Assembly: GCA_963745835.1 (NCBI GenBank)
Contig: CAVUZH010000003.1
Span: 192,001 to 256,000 of the forward strand
Direction: 5' to 3'
Source of the DNA: an uncultured delta proteobacterium
GTDB lineage: Bacteria > Desulfobacterota > Binatia > UBA9968
DNA length: 64,000 nucleotides
Below are positions 50,448-61,136 of this stretch, piece by piece. The notes below the pieces were generated by a model, which had not been told where the DNA came from, made no database searches, and worked only from the letters and a program-made list of their open reading frames with translations. The position numbers and the translations under genes were made by a program. The number at the start of each line of letters is the position of its first letter. Position 1 is the first letter of the stretch.

Positions 50448-51256
50448 ATGACGCAGTCAAGAATTCCAGGTCCCTTGGGCCAAACGCCTGACGCAGACAC
50501 GCTCGAAGCGCGATCCATAGGATTATCGTTGCGGCCGGGTCGGCGTGCGCCCCAGGCCGACAGCCCGCCAGGCCCTGTGGGGCTACATATTTGGAGCGCG
50601 CCGATATTCGCTGCGCCGGGCGCCGTAGCAAAGGTGACAAATACCGGATCCGGCGGCAAGGCGTTGATCGTAGTCGGCACTGGTCATGACGATCTCAAGA
50701 GAGACGTCCGCTATCCGGACGACAAGCACTTCACCCAGGCGATTCTCGAGTTCTTCGCTCCGCATACCAAGGGATGACTGTGACGATCAAGCACGTGAAC
50801 AGCGCGAAAGAGATGAAACACCTTATCGCGGAAGGATCGTGGGAACTCGTCGCATACTTCGGGCATGGCGTGGTCAACCAGATGGCGCTTGAACCGAAAG
50901 AAGGCGGCGCGCGGCTGTCAAAGGATGAATTGGTCACAGCTTTGAAACAAGCCAAACCCAGCCGCGTTCTTCTCATGGGCTGCAAGGCGGGGTGGACTGG
51001 CCTCGGCCGGCAAATCTCGACCGAGCTGCCGGGCGTAACGGTCGGCGCGACCTTTGAATCGCTCGACGTCACCTGGGAGCAGGGGAAGCCCAAGGACGGC
51101 GACTTTTACAACCGGCTGAATCCGAGCGAGGAATTCACGATCTACAAGGACGGGTTTCAGCTGGACAACGGGCAAAAGGCAAAATGGCGCAAGCGCGAGC
51201 AAGTTGACAAACTCGATCCCAATGGCGACCCTCTGGGCGAGCGGGTCGCACAATGA
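50448..51256 (+). CDS. Hypothetical protein with caspase/CHAT-like His-Cys dyad (one gene with an indel near 50772, or two coupled ORFs)
   Basis: N-terminal RIPGPLG...PPGPVG; C-terminal VAYFGHG...VLLMGC; adding one G in AAGGGATG joins the two ORFs. Confidence 0.5.
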
Positions 51257-51529
51257 ATGGCATCGCCTTGGCCGATAATTACGAACGGCGAAACTTTGAA
51301 CCCCAATACCAGCTAACGCGTGCTTCTAGAAGTGATCGTATACTAACGGTGCCCTTGTGCGTGCCAAGATAATCCACCTTGGCTTAACGTATCTGAAGGA
51401 ATCCGGTAGCAACTTTAGACACGGCATTATGTCCGAGTAGCCGGTGTCGACACCGACTTCTTGACCGCCGCAGATGATTGCACCGGGAAATTGGTGAATC
51501 GCTGATATCATCAGATGTGAGGGCGGCGC

Positions 51530-52005
51530 ATGTGAGGACCTTAACGCCGGATGTTTTGAATGCTTTTGCTGGAAGTCCCAGTGAGGTGACTGTCACGGGT
51601 CCGAAGAGCTTTCTGCGGGCCGCTGGCGCCGACAATAATCCATTTGGTCGTTGGTGGTTCGCTGCAGAGACCCTCCTCGGGATGAACGAGTCCTTTGAAC
51701 GGATTCCATTGCCTCCGGGACAACGAAGGGAAGCGCTTCTCGGCCGAATCCGGGCGGCTACTGCAATATCGGTGGACTGGAACACGCTAAGCGAGTTCTG
51801 GATGATGCAGCTGCCAAAAGGCGAAGAGTTGAGTGGCTACACCGGACCCACCAGCCCGCAGGCGGTTTTTTCCGTTAAGCATGCGCTGCACAACGCCAAT
51901 CTCGTGCTGGCCGGTGGCGCGATCCAATATTATTTCCCGGTCATAAATCCGCTCTGGGTGAGACGTTTGGATCCTTCCTCGACCTCTAATAGAACCTCAT
52001 ACTGA
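51530..52005 (+). CDS. Hypothetical protein, possible TNT/ART-like toxin fold
   Basis: FLRAAG...GRWW...AISVDWN...G.TSPQ...GGAIQYYFP; GTG start assumed. Confidence 0.45.
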
Positions 52006-52246
52006 GATTGAGAAACCAGAATGGCTGAGACGATGAGATTATAAAAAATGTCATCGTGTTCATAATGCTCATCAAAAAATATGTAGGTGCAATCCATTAG
52101 CGAAGACAGCTACCAGTCTACTCCACAAGACTCTGATGAAATATGAGAAGACTAATCCCGAGACGGTAGTTCAGAAAATGAATAACTGTCGTTGTGTGTA
52201 TCACGTTGGCAACAGGTCGAATGCAAAAAAGCACTTGAGTCAATTG

Positions 52247-53041
52247 CTATGAGCATTCGTAAGGCACAAGCCGAAGCCTGACGTCAGGGTGTCGATTGAC
52301 TGCATAGACCAAATCGGCCCAATGTAGCTTGCCTATAACGAGCTGGACCTGCGTCTCCTGCCGCGCGAGTGCGACGGCGAGTGCTGTTTGGAGAGCCAGA
52401 AAGCTTCGTTCCGGGATAATACCTGTGTGCCAGAGGTTCAAACGCGTTACCTCTTCCTGGAGCAGCTTGGCAACTTCTATTTTATTTGTCTCCCTATCTG
52501 TACTCCCGGGCTCTTTTCCGAGTTCAACCGCTTTGCCGGCAGATTTGCCCAGCTCTTTTACGACCCAGCCTGCCAAATCATTTAAAAACTTCACTTCAAA
52601 ACCATAGACGAACAGGTTTTTTTGACTGGCCAAGATCCATCTCGACTGGATCCGATCGCTGCGGGGCACCTCTGAAACCGCGATAGATGCGGGTTTATCA
52701 AACGTTCCGGCAAAATAAAATCCTTCAACGACCACAGCGGGGACGCCGTTTTCGGCGATGCTAAGGACGGTGGAAACGATGCTTTCCTGACATGCAGCAA
52801 CCTTGCCCATGTCCTGAATTTCGCGCCGTTTTGGATCGGGATGTTCATGGATCTGAAGAATTACATGGACGGTCACTGGGAATTCACTCAACCGTTGCTT
52901 CGAGACAATGCCCCTGGACTCAATCACTGTCCCTGCTTTCAGAGGCGTTGCGGTGGCGCTGGAGCGTCCGGTCAGAAGCAAAACTAGAAGAAGGAGTACG
53001 GCTCTGGAACTGAACGCTATATTGAGGGCGATCACGTTCAT
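52247..53041 (-). CDS. Secreted hypothetical protein
   Basis: 264 aa, GGAGG RBS, N-terminal signal peptide. Confidence 0.65.
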   Translation of the reverse strand: MNVIALNIAFSSRAVLLLLVLLLTGRSSATATPLKAGTVIESRGIVSKQRLSEFPVTVHVILQIHEHPDPKRREIQDMGKVAACQESIVSTVLSIAENGVPAVVVEGFYFAGTFDKPASIAVSEVPRSDRIQSRWILASQKNLFVYGFEVKFLNDLAGWVVKELGKSAGKAVELGKEPGSTDRETNKIEVAKLLQEEVTRLNLWHTGIIPERSFLALQTALAVALARQETQVQLVIGKLHWADLVYAVNRHPDVRLRLVPYECS

Positions 53042-53105
53042 AAAACCTCCGAAGGCGTCATCCGCCTAAACGCGTGTTGTATAGATACGCCGCAGAGTGG
53101 AGTAC

Positions 53106-53121
53106 AGCAACCGGGAGGCCT
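53106..53121 (-). promoter_or_regulatory. Possible sigma54 promoter for 52247..53041
   Basis: Minus strand AGGCCTCCCGGTTGCT, GG-N10-GC with TTGCT, 65 bp upstream of the ATG. Confidence 0.3.
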
Positions 53122-53357
53122 CTTGCTAAGACGCTTATAAATCCGAGAAATGTCAGAATATAAAACTCCGCAAGGCGGGGTGTCTTCTCGACGCCGCGGG
53201 TGGACGTTTGATCTCTAATTCACCGGAATGATCTTACCTTGTCCGTTCCACGATGAATCTGCCGCCAGATGATCTCATTCGGTGGCGTATCTCGCTGTGT
53301 GCAACTCGCATTAAGTGCTTTTCTTGACTGGTGAACTGTGCTACATGCCAGGCTGTC

Positions 53358-54128
53358 ATGGCACAGGAAAACCTACGGGAAACGTTGGGGCTCGAACAAG
53401 TTGTGGAACTTCGCGAAAAAACGGAGAAGATTTCGAGATCCTTGCTGGGGCAGCTTAGAGATTACTTGGACACGCTACGGCCCTTGTTGGCGCCTGCGCG
53501 CGTGTTTGGCAAGCACGTGCGGTCACCGTTGCGGGAAGATGTTCCCGACGCGGAGAGTGCTGTCAAAAAGTTATGCGAGAAATTTAACGGAATCTGCGCC
53601 AAGCCATTTTCCTTGCCACCTAATTTGGGCAATGACGCGGTAGCGGATCTGGACGGTCGCCTGGAGCTCTATCCTTGGGAATATACCCATGAGGCGAAGG
53701 ACCACGATCAAACCAAAACTATCACGGTATCCTCACCGGTAAGGCACGTACTCACGTACAAATCCTCCTATTCGCTCTCGCAGATCAGATTGGCAGTTTC
53801 CGGAAAAGGGGACCGACGACAAGACGATATTCGGGAGTTTCTAGTCGCCGCATTAGCGATGCAGGCTGCTCTTGATAAGTTCCCCGGGCTTGTGCGGCTT
53901 TTGGAAGAATTGCGCTACCATGTTCAAGTCGAGAAAAACCCGGCTCTCGGCGACCTTCCTCTCGTGGTGATTAGCTCGTCGGTTCCTTCCTTCCGCCCGT
54001 CTGATCAAGTGGTTTTGGCTACGACCAGATTATCCGGTGTACCGGCATTTATCGAGCTCATCGATCTGGACTCAATTCACCGGCTGCAAGATCCGTTGAA
54101 ATCTCGACTAGAGGAAGCGCTACGCTAA
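53358..54128 (+). CDS. Cytoplasmic hypothetical protein
   Basis: Intact 256-aa ORF with natural composition; no signal peptide or recognised domain. Confidence 0.7.
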   Translation: MAQENLRETLGLEQVVELREKTEKISRSLLGQLRDYLDTLRPLLAPARVFGKHVRSPLREDVPDAESAVKKLCEKFNGICAKPFSLPPNLGNDAVADLDGRLELYPWEYTHEAKDHDQTKTITVSSPVRHVLTYKSSYSLSQIRLAVSGKGDRRQDDIREFLVAALAMQAALDKFPGLVRLLEELRYHVQVEKNPALGDLPLVVISSSVPSFRPSDQVVLATTRLSGVPAFIELIDLDSIHRLQDPLKSRLEEALR

Positions 54129-54442
54129 ACTTCACACGCTTCCTGAGCTTCGCATTGGCACAGCCTGTGAATCAATAAATTCTTTCCCCCGAAAAGATGG
54201 TTGTTTAGGACATCTAGCTGACTATGATTGGTTTCGTCCTATCTGTGACTTGTAGGGCGTTGGCTATATCACTGATATCACAATCTGGTTGGAGCTCTGA
54301 ACTTGCTCGGCTTGATGAAATCAGCACGATAATTGCGTAGCAAACTCCTATGTATGTTGATGTAGCTTTTGCATTTAGTTGGTACACGGCTTCCGCGCAT
54401 GGGCGCATGCTAGCTGGTTACGATTGCTGCAGGAATGGACTT

Positions 54443-56342
54443 ATGAAGTATTGCCGTATGCGAAAGAAAATATCCGGACGATGTCTCGGCTGTGAGCATG
54501 ATGGCGTCACACTCAAGACTACGGCAGTAGTAGAAGATCCTCTTTTAGGAAAGACAATCAGGGGCAAATACCGGGTTGTAAAAAAACTGGGTGCCGGTGG
54601 AATGGGCGCGGTCTATCTTGCGGAGCAATTAAGTATAGGCAGAAGAGTCGCGCTCAAAGTACTCCAACGGGAATTTGCAATGAATGATGAATTCATTAAG
54701 CGTTTTCATCAGGAAGCGCGACTTGTCGGCAGCCTTAACCATCGACATGTCATTACAATTTATGACTTCGATCAGGCCGACGACGGTAGCCTGTTCATCG
54801 CAATGGAATACGTCGAAGGTCGTAACCTAAAAAGTATCATTCATGAAGGTCCGCTAAAGCTTTCTCGAGCTCTGCGGTTTGCCGTGCAAATCGCTGAGGG
54901 ACTCAGCGCCGCTCACCGCGCTGGCGTAATCCACCGCGATATCAAACCTGAAAACATCATGATCCTGCAGGGACTGGAAGAAGTGAGAGTCATGGACTTT
55001 GGGATCTCTCGGCTTCGGGATACAGAAACGCTAGATCGACTTACACGACCGGGGATGATCATGGGGACGCCGGCGTACATGGCACCCGAGCAGATTGAAG
55101 GGCATGAAGTCGATGAAAAGTCGGACATCTACGCGTTCGGTGTCGTACTCTATGAGATGCTCACGCGGCGAAACTCCATTTAAAGCGCCTACACCTACCG
55201 CTCTCCTGATGAAGCATATTAAAGAGTTGCCGGTGCCATTACGGCAACTTCGCGCGGATGTGCCGGGCGGGGTCGAGCATTTGGTAATGCAGACTCTGGA
55301 GAAGCAGCCGGAGCGGCGGCAAAGCGCTATGGAAGAGATCGCATCGAGCTTCGCAGAATTGAACGAGTGTTTAAAGATGAGGTTCCTCAAACACTCATTA
55401 TTCCTGCGCCTGGACAGATGAGAAAGAGAGGTCTCGTGTTGGCTGGCAGTATCGTGCTCACGGTCGTCGTTGCTGGCTCGGTTGGTGTGATCGGGAAACG
55501 GTTCTATGGGGAGGTCCCGTCGTCGACTTCTTCGGTGCGGATCCGTTCCTTGCTCGTGCGAGCGCACAAGACCGAGCTCGAACCTGGCGAACGCGTAATA
55601 TTAAAAGCCTGGGCGCACTATAGCGACGGAAGCGAAAGGGAAGTTGACCAAGAGATTCATTGGATGAGTACTAACCCGTCGGTAGCAGCTATCATTGCCA
55701 ATGGTGAAATGCAAGCTGGTGAGCCAGGAGAGAGTGAAATTAGTGCGCGATTGGGCGACATCACAGCGCCAGGCGTAAAAGTGTTGGTCAAAGGCTCTCA
55801 GACTCTTCCTCTGCCAGCTCGCGTGGTTGCCTTGATTGGTTACGGCTATCCACGAGCGCTTCACGTCAATGAGAGAAAAACGCTAAGCATTACAGCTAAA
55901 TTTTCTGATGGGACGGAGAGAAAGCTGACTGAAGGAGTGCAATGGGAGAGCAGCGATCCAACCGTTCTGAATGTTAATCCGGAAGGCGAGGTCGAAGGTT
56001 TGAAAAACGGAACGGCCACACTTGCTGCCAGGTAAAAGATTTCAGATCGGAGCCAGTATCAATCGAGGTCAGCGCTAAAGAGACAAAGTCTAGACCCACT
56101 CCGCGGGCGAAGCCTCGCCACGACTCGAGCCTCCTCAGGGGGGCATGCCATTTCAGCCGCCCTCCGCCCAACGATTGACCGAAGCGCCCGCAGCACCATT
56201 GCCCCCACCTCGGACGGAACCTCCAGAAGAAGTCGTCCGACCCCATGCGCTGGCTGCTAAAGAACCCGTCGAGGTGCCCACCGCTCCATTGCCGGACACA
56301 AGCAAAATCATCTCTGACTATATTCGCGGGAGAGAGGGATAG
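54443..56342 (+). CDS. Second membrane Ser/Thr kinase: Zn-ribbon, kinase, TM, 2 Big_2-like Ig domains, Pro-rich tail (several indels)
   Basis: MKYC...[28 protein letters not shown]; [24 protein letters not shown]; repeats [18 protein letters not shown] and [18 protein letters not shown]; paralog of 16554..18688. Confidence 0.85.
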
Positions 56343-56498
56343 GAGTAAGTCGCGTCGATAGTTTGGTGTCCTTGAAATCGCAAGTCGTCAAGGTGTGACT
56401 GGCGGTTGCTGCTCGACGCGAAATTCAGAAATCTGCTGCCGCTCTCGAGGCTTGGGTGAAAGCGTTAAGCGAATTGTTTTATCGGTCACACAACAAGA

Positions 56499-57036
56499 CT
56501 ACCGAGTGAGCTTGATATCGAGATGAATTTCAGTAGCCTGTTTGATTTCAACCTCGCCCTCGTAAGGCGTGAAACCTGGCTTCCTAGCTTCCACTTTGTG
56601 CTGCCCCACTGGATAGCCCACCGGCTCGGAAGACCCGGAATCGGCGTCAATTTTCACCAGATGGCCGTCGACGAAGACTGCGGCATCGGATGGCTCGATC
56701 TTGACGGTGATGGACCCGGCGGGAACGACTGGATATCCGCTGAAGTAAAGTGAACCGCTTGCATCTTTGCCGGTGAAGGGCTGACGGTTAGGAATACGAC
56801 TGGGGGTAGACAATCACGGTATGATAGGGGTCGTATACCGGACGCCGTGCCCGTTGTGACCCGAACTGAAATACAAGGCGGCCGCGGGAGAATTTTTCCT
56901 TTGCGATGGGTTCAAGACCGCGCGAAACAAACTCTTGTCCCGGTCGAACGATGATCAGGTCCTGTGCCAGAGCGGGGAAGGAGAATAGGCCACTCAAAAA
57001 CAACTGCGTGACGCCTGATAATACCGCGTTCTTCAT
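56499..57036 (-). CDS. Secreted PEGA-domain protein (indel near 56800)
   Basis: Signal peptide ending ALA-Q; GSITVKIEPSDAAVFVDG...GQHKVEARKPGF. Confidence 0.75.
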
Positions 57037-57050
57037 GACCTACCCTGAAC

Positions 57051-58127
57051 TTACTTGATCAGCGATTTTGAAATCCAGCCGCTTTTACCGTCTTCCGTTT
57101 GGATATAGTACCAGTCTTTCTCCTCCGCATTGATGGCAAGCTTGGTTCCTTCTTTTATTGTCGCTACGACTTTGCCCTGCGCTCCGGGCGCATCACGGAG
57201 ATTGGCTGTCTTGACCTTAACGACCGCGGCGGATGAGAGATCCGCTGCCGGAGTAGGGGCGGCAGTTTGTTTCGCGATCGCCGTTGGTTGGTTGGTGATT
57301 GCAGCGGGCGGAGCGGTTACGGCTTGGACAGCGCCGTGGCGGTAGTAAGTGCTTGGAGTTTTTTTCGAGATCTCCTGAACGGCATTCAGAATTGCAACCC
57401 GTATAGCTTTTTCGACCGGAGTCTTCTGCCAGACCCCGAGCCCTGCTCCACCGATAACGTGACCTCCCAAGCCTCCTAGCAAGCCACCTAAATTGAAGTC
57501 ATTTGCCTTGCCTTCGACAGTGCTGGAAAAAAGTAAGCGAGAGGTTTTTGCATCCACTATTTGGACAACAATTGCTACATGACTCTGCTGCACGCTACCG
57601 AGTGCGCCGCCGATAACGGCGCCCGGCAATCCGAAGCCGCCTAACAGAGTCCCGGCACTAGCTCCGGCAGAACCGGGTTCAAACTCCGTCACTGATCCTT
57701 TGATCAAGAGATCGGCGCCCTCGATCTGACCAATTGACGGCGCCGTTTCTTTTCTAACACGCCCGGTAGCGCCGAGGTCCTGTTCCATGAGAACATCTTG
57801 TAAACTCTGACGGTCGACGACGATAAAACGATTCGACTGAAGTAGACCGTCGTTCAGCATATCGGCCATACCGTCGCCGATTTCCGCAGTATACCAACCC
57901 GTTCTCCTGCTATATCCTCCACCTCCCTTGGCAGATTTGTCCGCAAATCGATAGACAGCAACACGCGCCTTGGGCCCGTCATAGGATTCGAGTTGAACCT
58001 GATCAATGTTTTGTTCGTTCCTCGAAACAACCTCTGCTGTCGGTTGACCGGGATTCTGCGTCATCTGTTGCGTCGCAGCACAGCCGGAGATCACCAATGA
58101 TAAAGAAGCAGCGAAAAGCCGATTCAT
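57051..58127 (-). CDS. CsgG/HfaB-family lipoprotein with C-terminal bacterial SH3 domain
   Basis: Lipobox ISGC; RVAVYRF, GMADML, RFIVVDRQSL..VLMEQDL, GADLLIKGSVTEFE; SH3b ANLRDAPG...WYYI..GKSGWI. Confidence 0.85.
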   Translation of the reverse strand: MNRLFAASLSLVISGCAATQQMTQNPGQPTAEVVSRNEQNIDQVQLESYDGPKARVAVYRFADKSAKGGGGYSRRTGWYTAEIGDGMADMLNDGLLQSNRFIVVDRQSLQDVLMEQDLGATGRVRKETAPSIGQIEGADLLIKGSVTEFEPGSAGASAGTLLGGFGLPGAVIGGALGSVQQSHVAIVVQIVDAKTSRLLFSSTVEGKANDFNLGGLLGGLGGHVIGGAGLGVWQKTPVEKAIRVAILNAVQEISKKTPSTYYRHGAVQAVTAPPAAITNQPTAIAKQTAAPTPAADLSSAAVVKVKTANLRDAPGAQGKVVATIKEGTKLAINAEEKDWYYIQTEDGKSGWISKSLIK

Positions 58128-58605
58128 GGAACACCTCCTGGATTACGCATGCACAAACTTTTAGTCGTCACGGCCTCCGAGCCTGTTGAAGATTCGCGGC
58201 TGACCTATAGCGGTCCTACGCAAGAAACGTGCATTGATGGAGATAGAAAGGCGGTAACCCCTCTAGAAGTCGTGCTGCAATCCGGAAGCGGCGGATTTAT
58301 TCGCAGATTGCAGAAAAGATTCGGCTAGTGGTCTGCTAAGCGGTTCGCAGCAGGAAAGAGAAGATTACAGGGAGTGTGACGTTTAGATACAGGGCGGTAT
58401 CCAAAGTTTACATACAGCTCGAGTCGGTTTACACATGAGGGCGTTCAGCCGTGGGTTTTAAAACCGTCTCGACCTGGTGGAAACTTTTGGAGCGCGAAAC
58501 AAAAATTGTATGGCTTTAGCTGTGGGCTGACTGACATTACTGCTCGTCAATTAGATTGGCGAGGCGAGTCGCGCTAGTCGATGAGGCAACAAAAAAGCGA
58601 GTCGC

Positions 58606-59451
58606 TCATGATTCCAGTGATTTCAATTTCTGCTTCGCCTGGGTCGCTTCCGGTGTCTGCGCGTACTTCTCGACGACTTCCTGGAGAAGTAATCGTGCAT
58701 TTGTTTTTTCGCCCAACTCGGCAAAGGCGTAAGCTTGCTTCAAAAGCGCTGCCGGAAGTTTTGCTGCTTCGGGATACCTCGTGCGTACTGCGTCAAATTC
58801 GATAATTGCCTGGTCAAACTCTCTCAACGCATAATGACTTTCGCCGATCCAGTATTGAGCGTTGCCCGCAAGGGTGCTTTTAGGGTGCTTTTTTTGAAAG
58901 TCTTTGAAACGCGCGATGGCGACTCGGTAATCCCGCTTTTCTAAATTTCGCCAGGCAACTTCGTAGTCTCTCCTAATCGTTTCATTTTCCGCAGAGGCCA
59001 TCTCAGTTGCCTCTGCCGGCAATTGTAAGCCTTTACTCGCTTCTTTTAACTCGTCTTCACGCAGCTGCAGCTGTTCTCCCTGAGCTTTAAACCCTTCTGC
59101 CAGCTTGGCAAGTCTCGCTTCGAGATCCTTTACCCGCTGATCGCCCTCACGGCTGGTATGGTCGATCTGCCGGCCGACTTGATGGCGAGTTTCTTCAATC
59201 AATTCTTTCAAACTGCTGATTTCTCTTTGCACCTGCTGCAGATTGGCTCCAGTATCCGCAAGGCTGGCTCGGGTCGCGTCGATCTCTTTTTGCTGATTGA
59301 CATTGTCACTCTGAATGCGACGCTGTTCTCGCTCGAGCACCTCCACTCGTTCCGGTTGTACGCAGGCAGAAACACCTGCAACTGTGAGGGTCGCGGTGAG
59401 CATAACACGGACTCTAAAACGCTTAAGCGGGTCGGAATATCTTAAATACAT
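58606..59451 (-). CDS. cpoB: Tol-Pal associated CpoB/YbgF
   Basis: Lipobox VSAC, coiled coil, TPR HPKSTLAGNAQYWIGES..AIIEF..PAALLK; directly after pal. Confidence 0.88.
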   Translation of the reverse strand: MYLRYSDPLKRFRVRVMLTATLTVAGVSACVQPERVEVLEREQRRIQSDNVNQQKEIDATRASLADTGANLQQVQREISSLKELIEETRHQVGRQIDHTSREGDQRVKDLEARLAKLAEGFKAQGEQLQLREDELKEASKGLQLPAEATEMASAENETIRRDYEVAWRNLEKRDYRVAIARFKDFQKKHPKSTLAGNAQYWIGESHYALREFDQAIIEFDAVRTRYPEAAKLPAALLKQAYAFAELGEKTNARLLLQEVVEKYAQTPEATQAKQKLKSLES

Positions 59452-59461
59452 ACTGACCTTC

Positions 59462-60091
59462 TCAAGAGGCAGGGCGGGATGGAACCACGACAAAACGAAC
59501 TCGCCGATTTTGCTGCCAACAGCTCTCATTGCTAACGATGCAAGCCGGGATCTCTTCACCATAGCTGATGGTCGATATGCGATCGGGTGTTATTCCAAGA
59601 GTCACAAGGTAATCTCGAGTGGCTTGGGCTCGTTTGGCTGCGAGGGCCAAATTGTATTCACTGGTTCCCCGTTCGTCACAGTGGCCTTCGACCTCTATCC
59701 TCGTCGACGCATTCCCCTTCAGCCATTCAGCATTACTCCTAAGAGTATCGCGCGCTTCAGCCGTGAGGTCGTGCCTGTCAAACTCAAATAGCACATCCTT
59801 GAGGGGACTGGATGCCGCCGTCTTCGTGGGTTTTCCGTCTTTCAGCTGTTCCAAGCTCGAGGGCGACGTTGCCGGCGGTTTCTCAACTTTGGACTGGTTC
59901 GCAGTCGAACCGGACGACAAGTTCGACTCGCGCGTTGCATCAGCCCGCCCCTCACCTGAAGGTTGAGAGGAAGAGGGATTAGCGGCGCCGGCCAAACCAG
60001 CATCAGGCTTCGCGCTGGACGAACCACAAGCCGTGGCTGCAGCAATGACAGCACTCAAGAAGATGTAGCCGACGATCTTGTAGTAGAACAT
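59462..60091 (-). CDS. pal: Peptidoglycan-associated lipoprotein Pal
   Basis: Lipobox ATAC; VLFEFDR, IEVEGHCDERGTSEYNLAL, TISYGEE.P, NRR. Confidence 0.92.
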   Translation of the reverse strand: MFYYKIVGYIFLSAVIAAATACGSSSAKPDAGLAGAANPSSSQPSGEGRADATRESNLSSGSTANQSKVEKPPATSPSSLEQLKDGKPTKTAASSPLKDVLFEFDRHDLTAEARDTLRSNAEWLKGNASTRIEVEGHCDERGTSEYNLALAAKRAQATRDYLVTLGITPDRISTISYGEEIPACIVSNESCWQQNRRVRFVVVPSRPAS

Positions 60092-60218
60092 TACCAACTC
60101 CCTTCAGCCAGAAGTTATTCTACAGGAAGGATAGCCGCCGATTTAGCATTTAGGCCAAAAGCTGTCAATCAATGAGTTGCTTGTCATCTAACTGAAATTT
60201 TGCTGATCGATCGGCTGA

Positions 60219-61065
60219 TCAACGCCTTTGCTCACCGCGCCGTTGTTGACTTTCGTCACGGCGTGCGTTGTCGATCTCTTCCTCGAGCCGGAGACCTATC
60301 CATTCGCTTGTAGAAATGATTTTGGCCACATCCGGTTCACGGCTGGAGAGAAGGAGAAGAGCCGCTTCCATTTGCTTGCGGATTTCTCCACTCGGGTCCC
60401 AAAATTTGCCTTGTGGACTAGTATAAACTACCGACTCTAAATCACCACGGAGAGCGGTTAACGCCGAGCTGAGCTCTTTCGCGCCTTGAGCGGGATTACC
60501 CGCCGCCTTTTGCTTGATCGCATTCTCGGCCGCAAGTTTTCTAATCTCATCCAACAGAACACCATCAGCTCCACTGCGTTTTGAGCTGGCTCTCTGCTTC
60601 TTTGGTTAAATCGAATGAAATTCCTCGTTCCGCCACTAGAACAAGCATTCGTTTCGGTGCGACGCCTTGGGTCAAGGCGTATGAAACGTCTTTAAGCGTA
60701 AATGGATTTTTCGGAACTGGCGGGATGGGTTGCCGCAGCAAAGTTAAGCCGAGATAAAGCCTTGCCAAATGGTCTTCGCTCGACTGTGATAGAGCTTTCT
60801 CAAGACTCTCTTTACTTTGGGAAAAATCACCTAGGGTGTACTGAGCCCGTCCGAGATATGTCCAGATACTTTGTCGGAAAGCGACCGATGCCACTTGGTA
60901 ATTGGAATCTTGCTCTGCGACACGTTGAAATTGATTCACCGCAGTAGCAGCATCGCCTCTGATGAGTGCTTGTCGTCCCGATGTGAATTGTCCCTGTGTG
61001 TTGAACGCACCACAGGCAGTCGAAAAAAGCAGAAAGCAGATGCGCAAGAGGTTAACGCTGCTCAT
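60219..61065 (-). CDS. TPR-repeat lipoprotein (indel near 60570)
   Basis: Lipobox STAC; TPR WTYLGRAQYTLG...ARLYLGL; the frame switch joins it to ORF 60219..60554. Confidence 0.7.
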
Positions 61066-61136
61066 CTGTAAATATTGTCATTAGCGACTCGACTCATCAT
61101 GGCAGCATGCCGCGCTTGCCGGATTTGCATACAGAA

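Larger units (their letters stand above)
13420..56342. other. Type VI secretion system locus with regulatory, spike-adaptor and effector genes
   Basis: 12 of 13 core tss genes recognisable (tssJ not seen), plus tagJ, PP2C phosphatase, two kinases and a PAAR-like effector; the right boundary at the second kinase is inferred. Confidence 0.9.

Noticed and set aside
57051-58127. Curli biogenesis locus
   Set aside because: No csgA/B/E/F genes in view; the SH3 fusion is unlike curli CsgG.
54156-58235. Near-sigma54 motifs TGGCACAGCCTGTGAA (54156, plus strand) and ATGCACGTTTCTTGCG (near 58219-58234, minus strand)
   Set aside because: Each misses an invariant base of the GG or GC dinucleotide.
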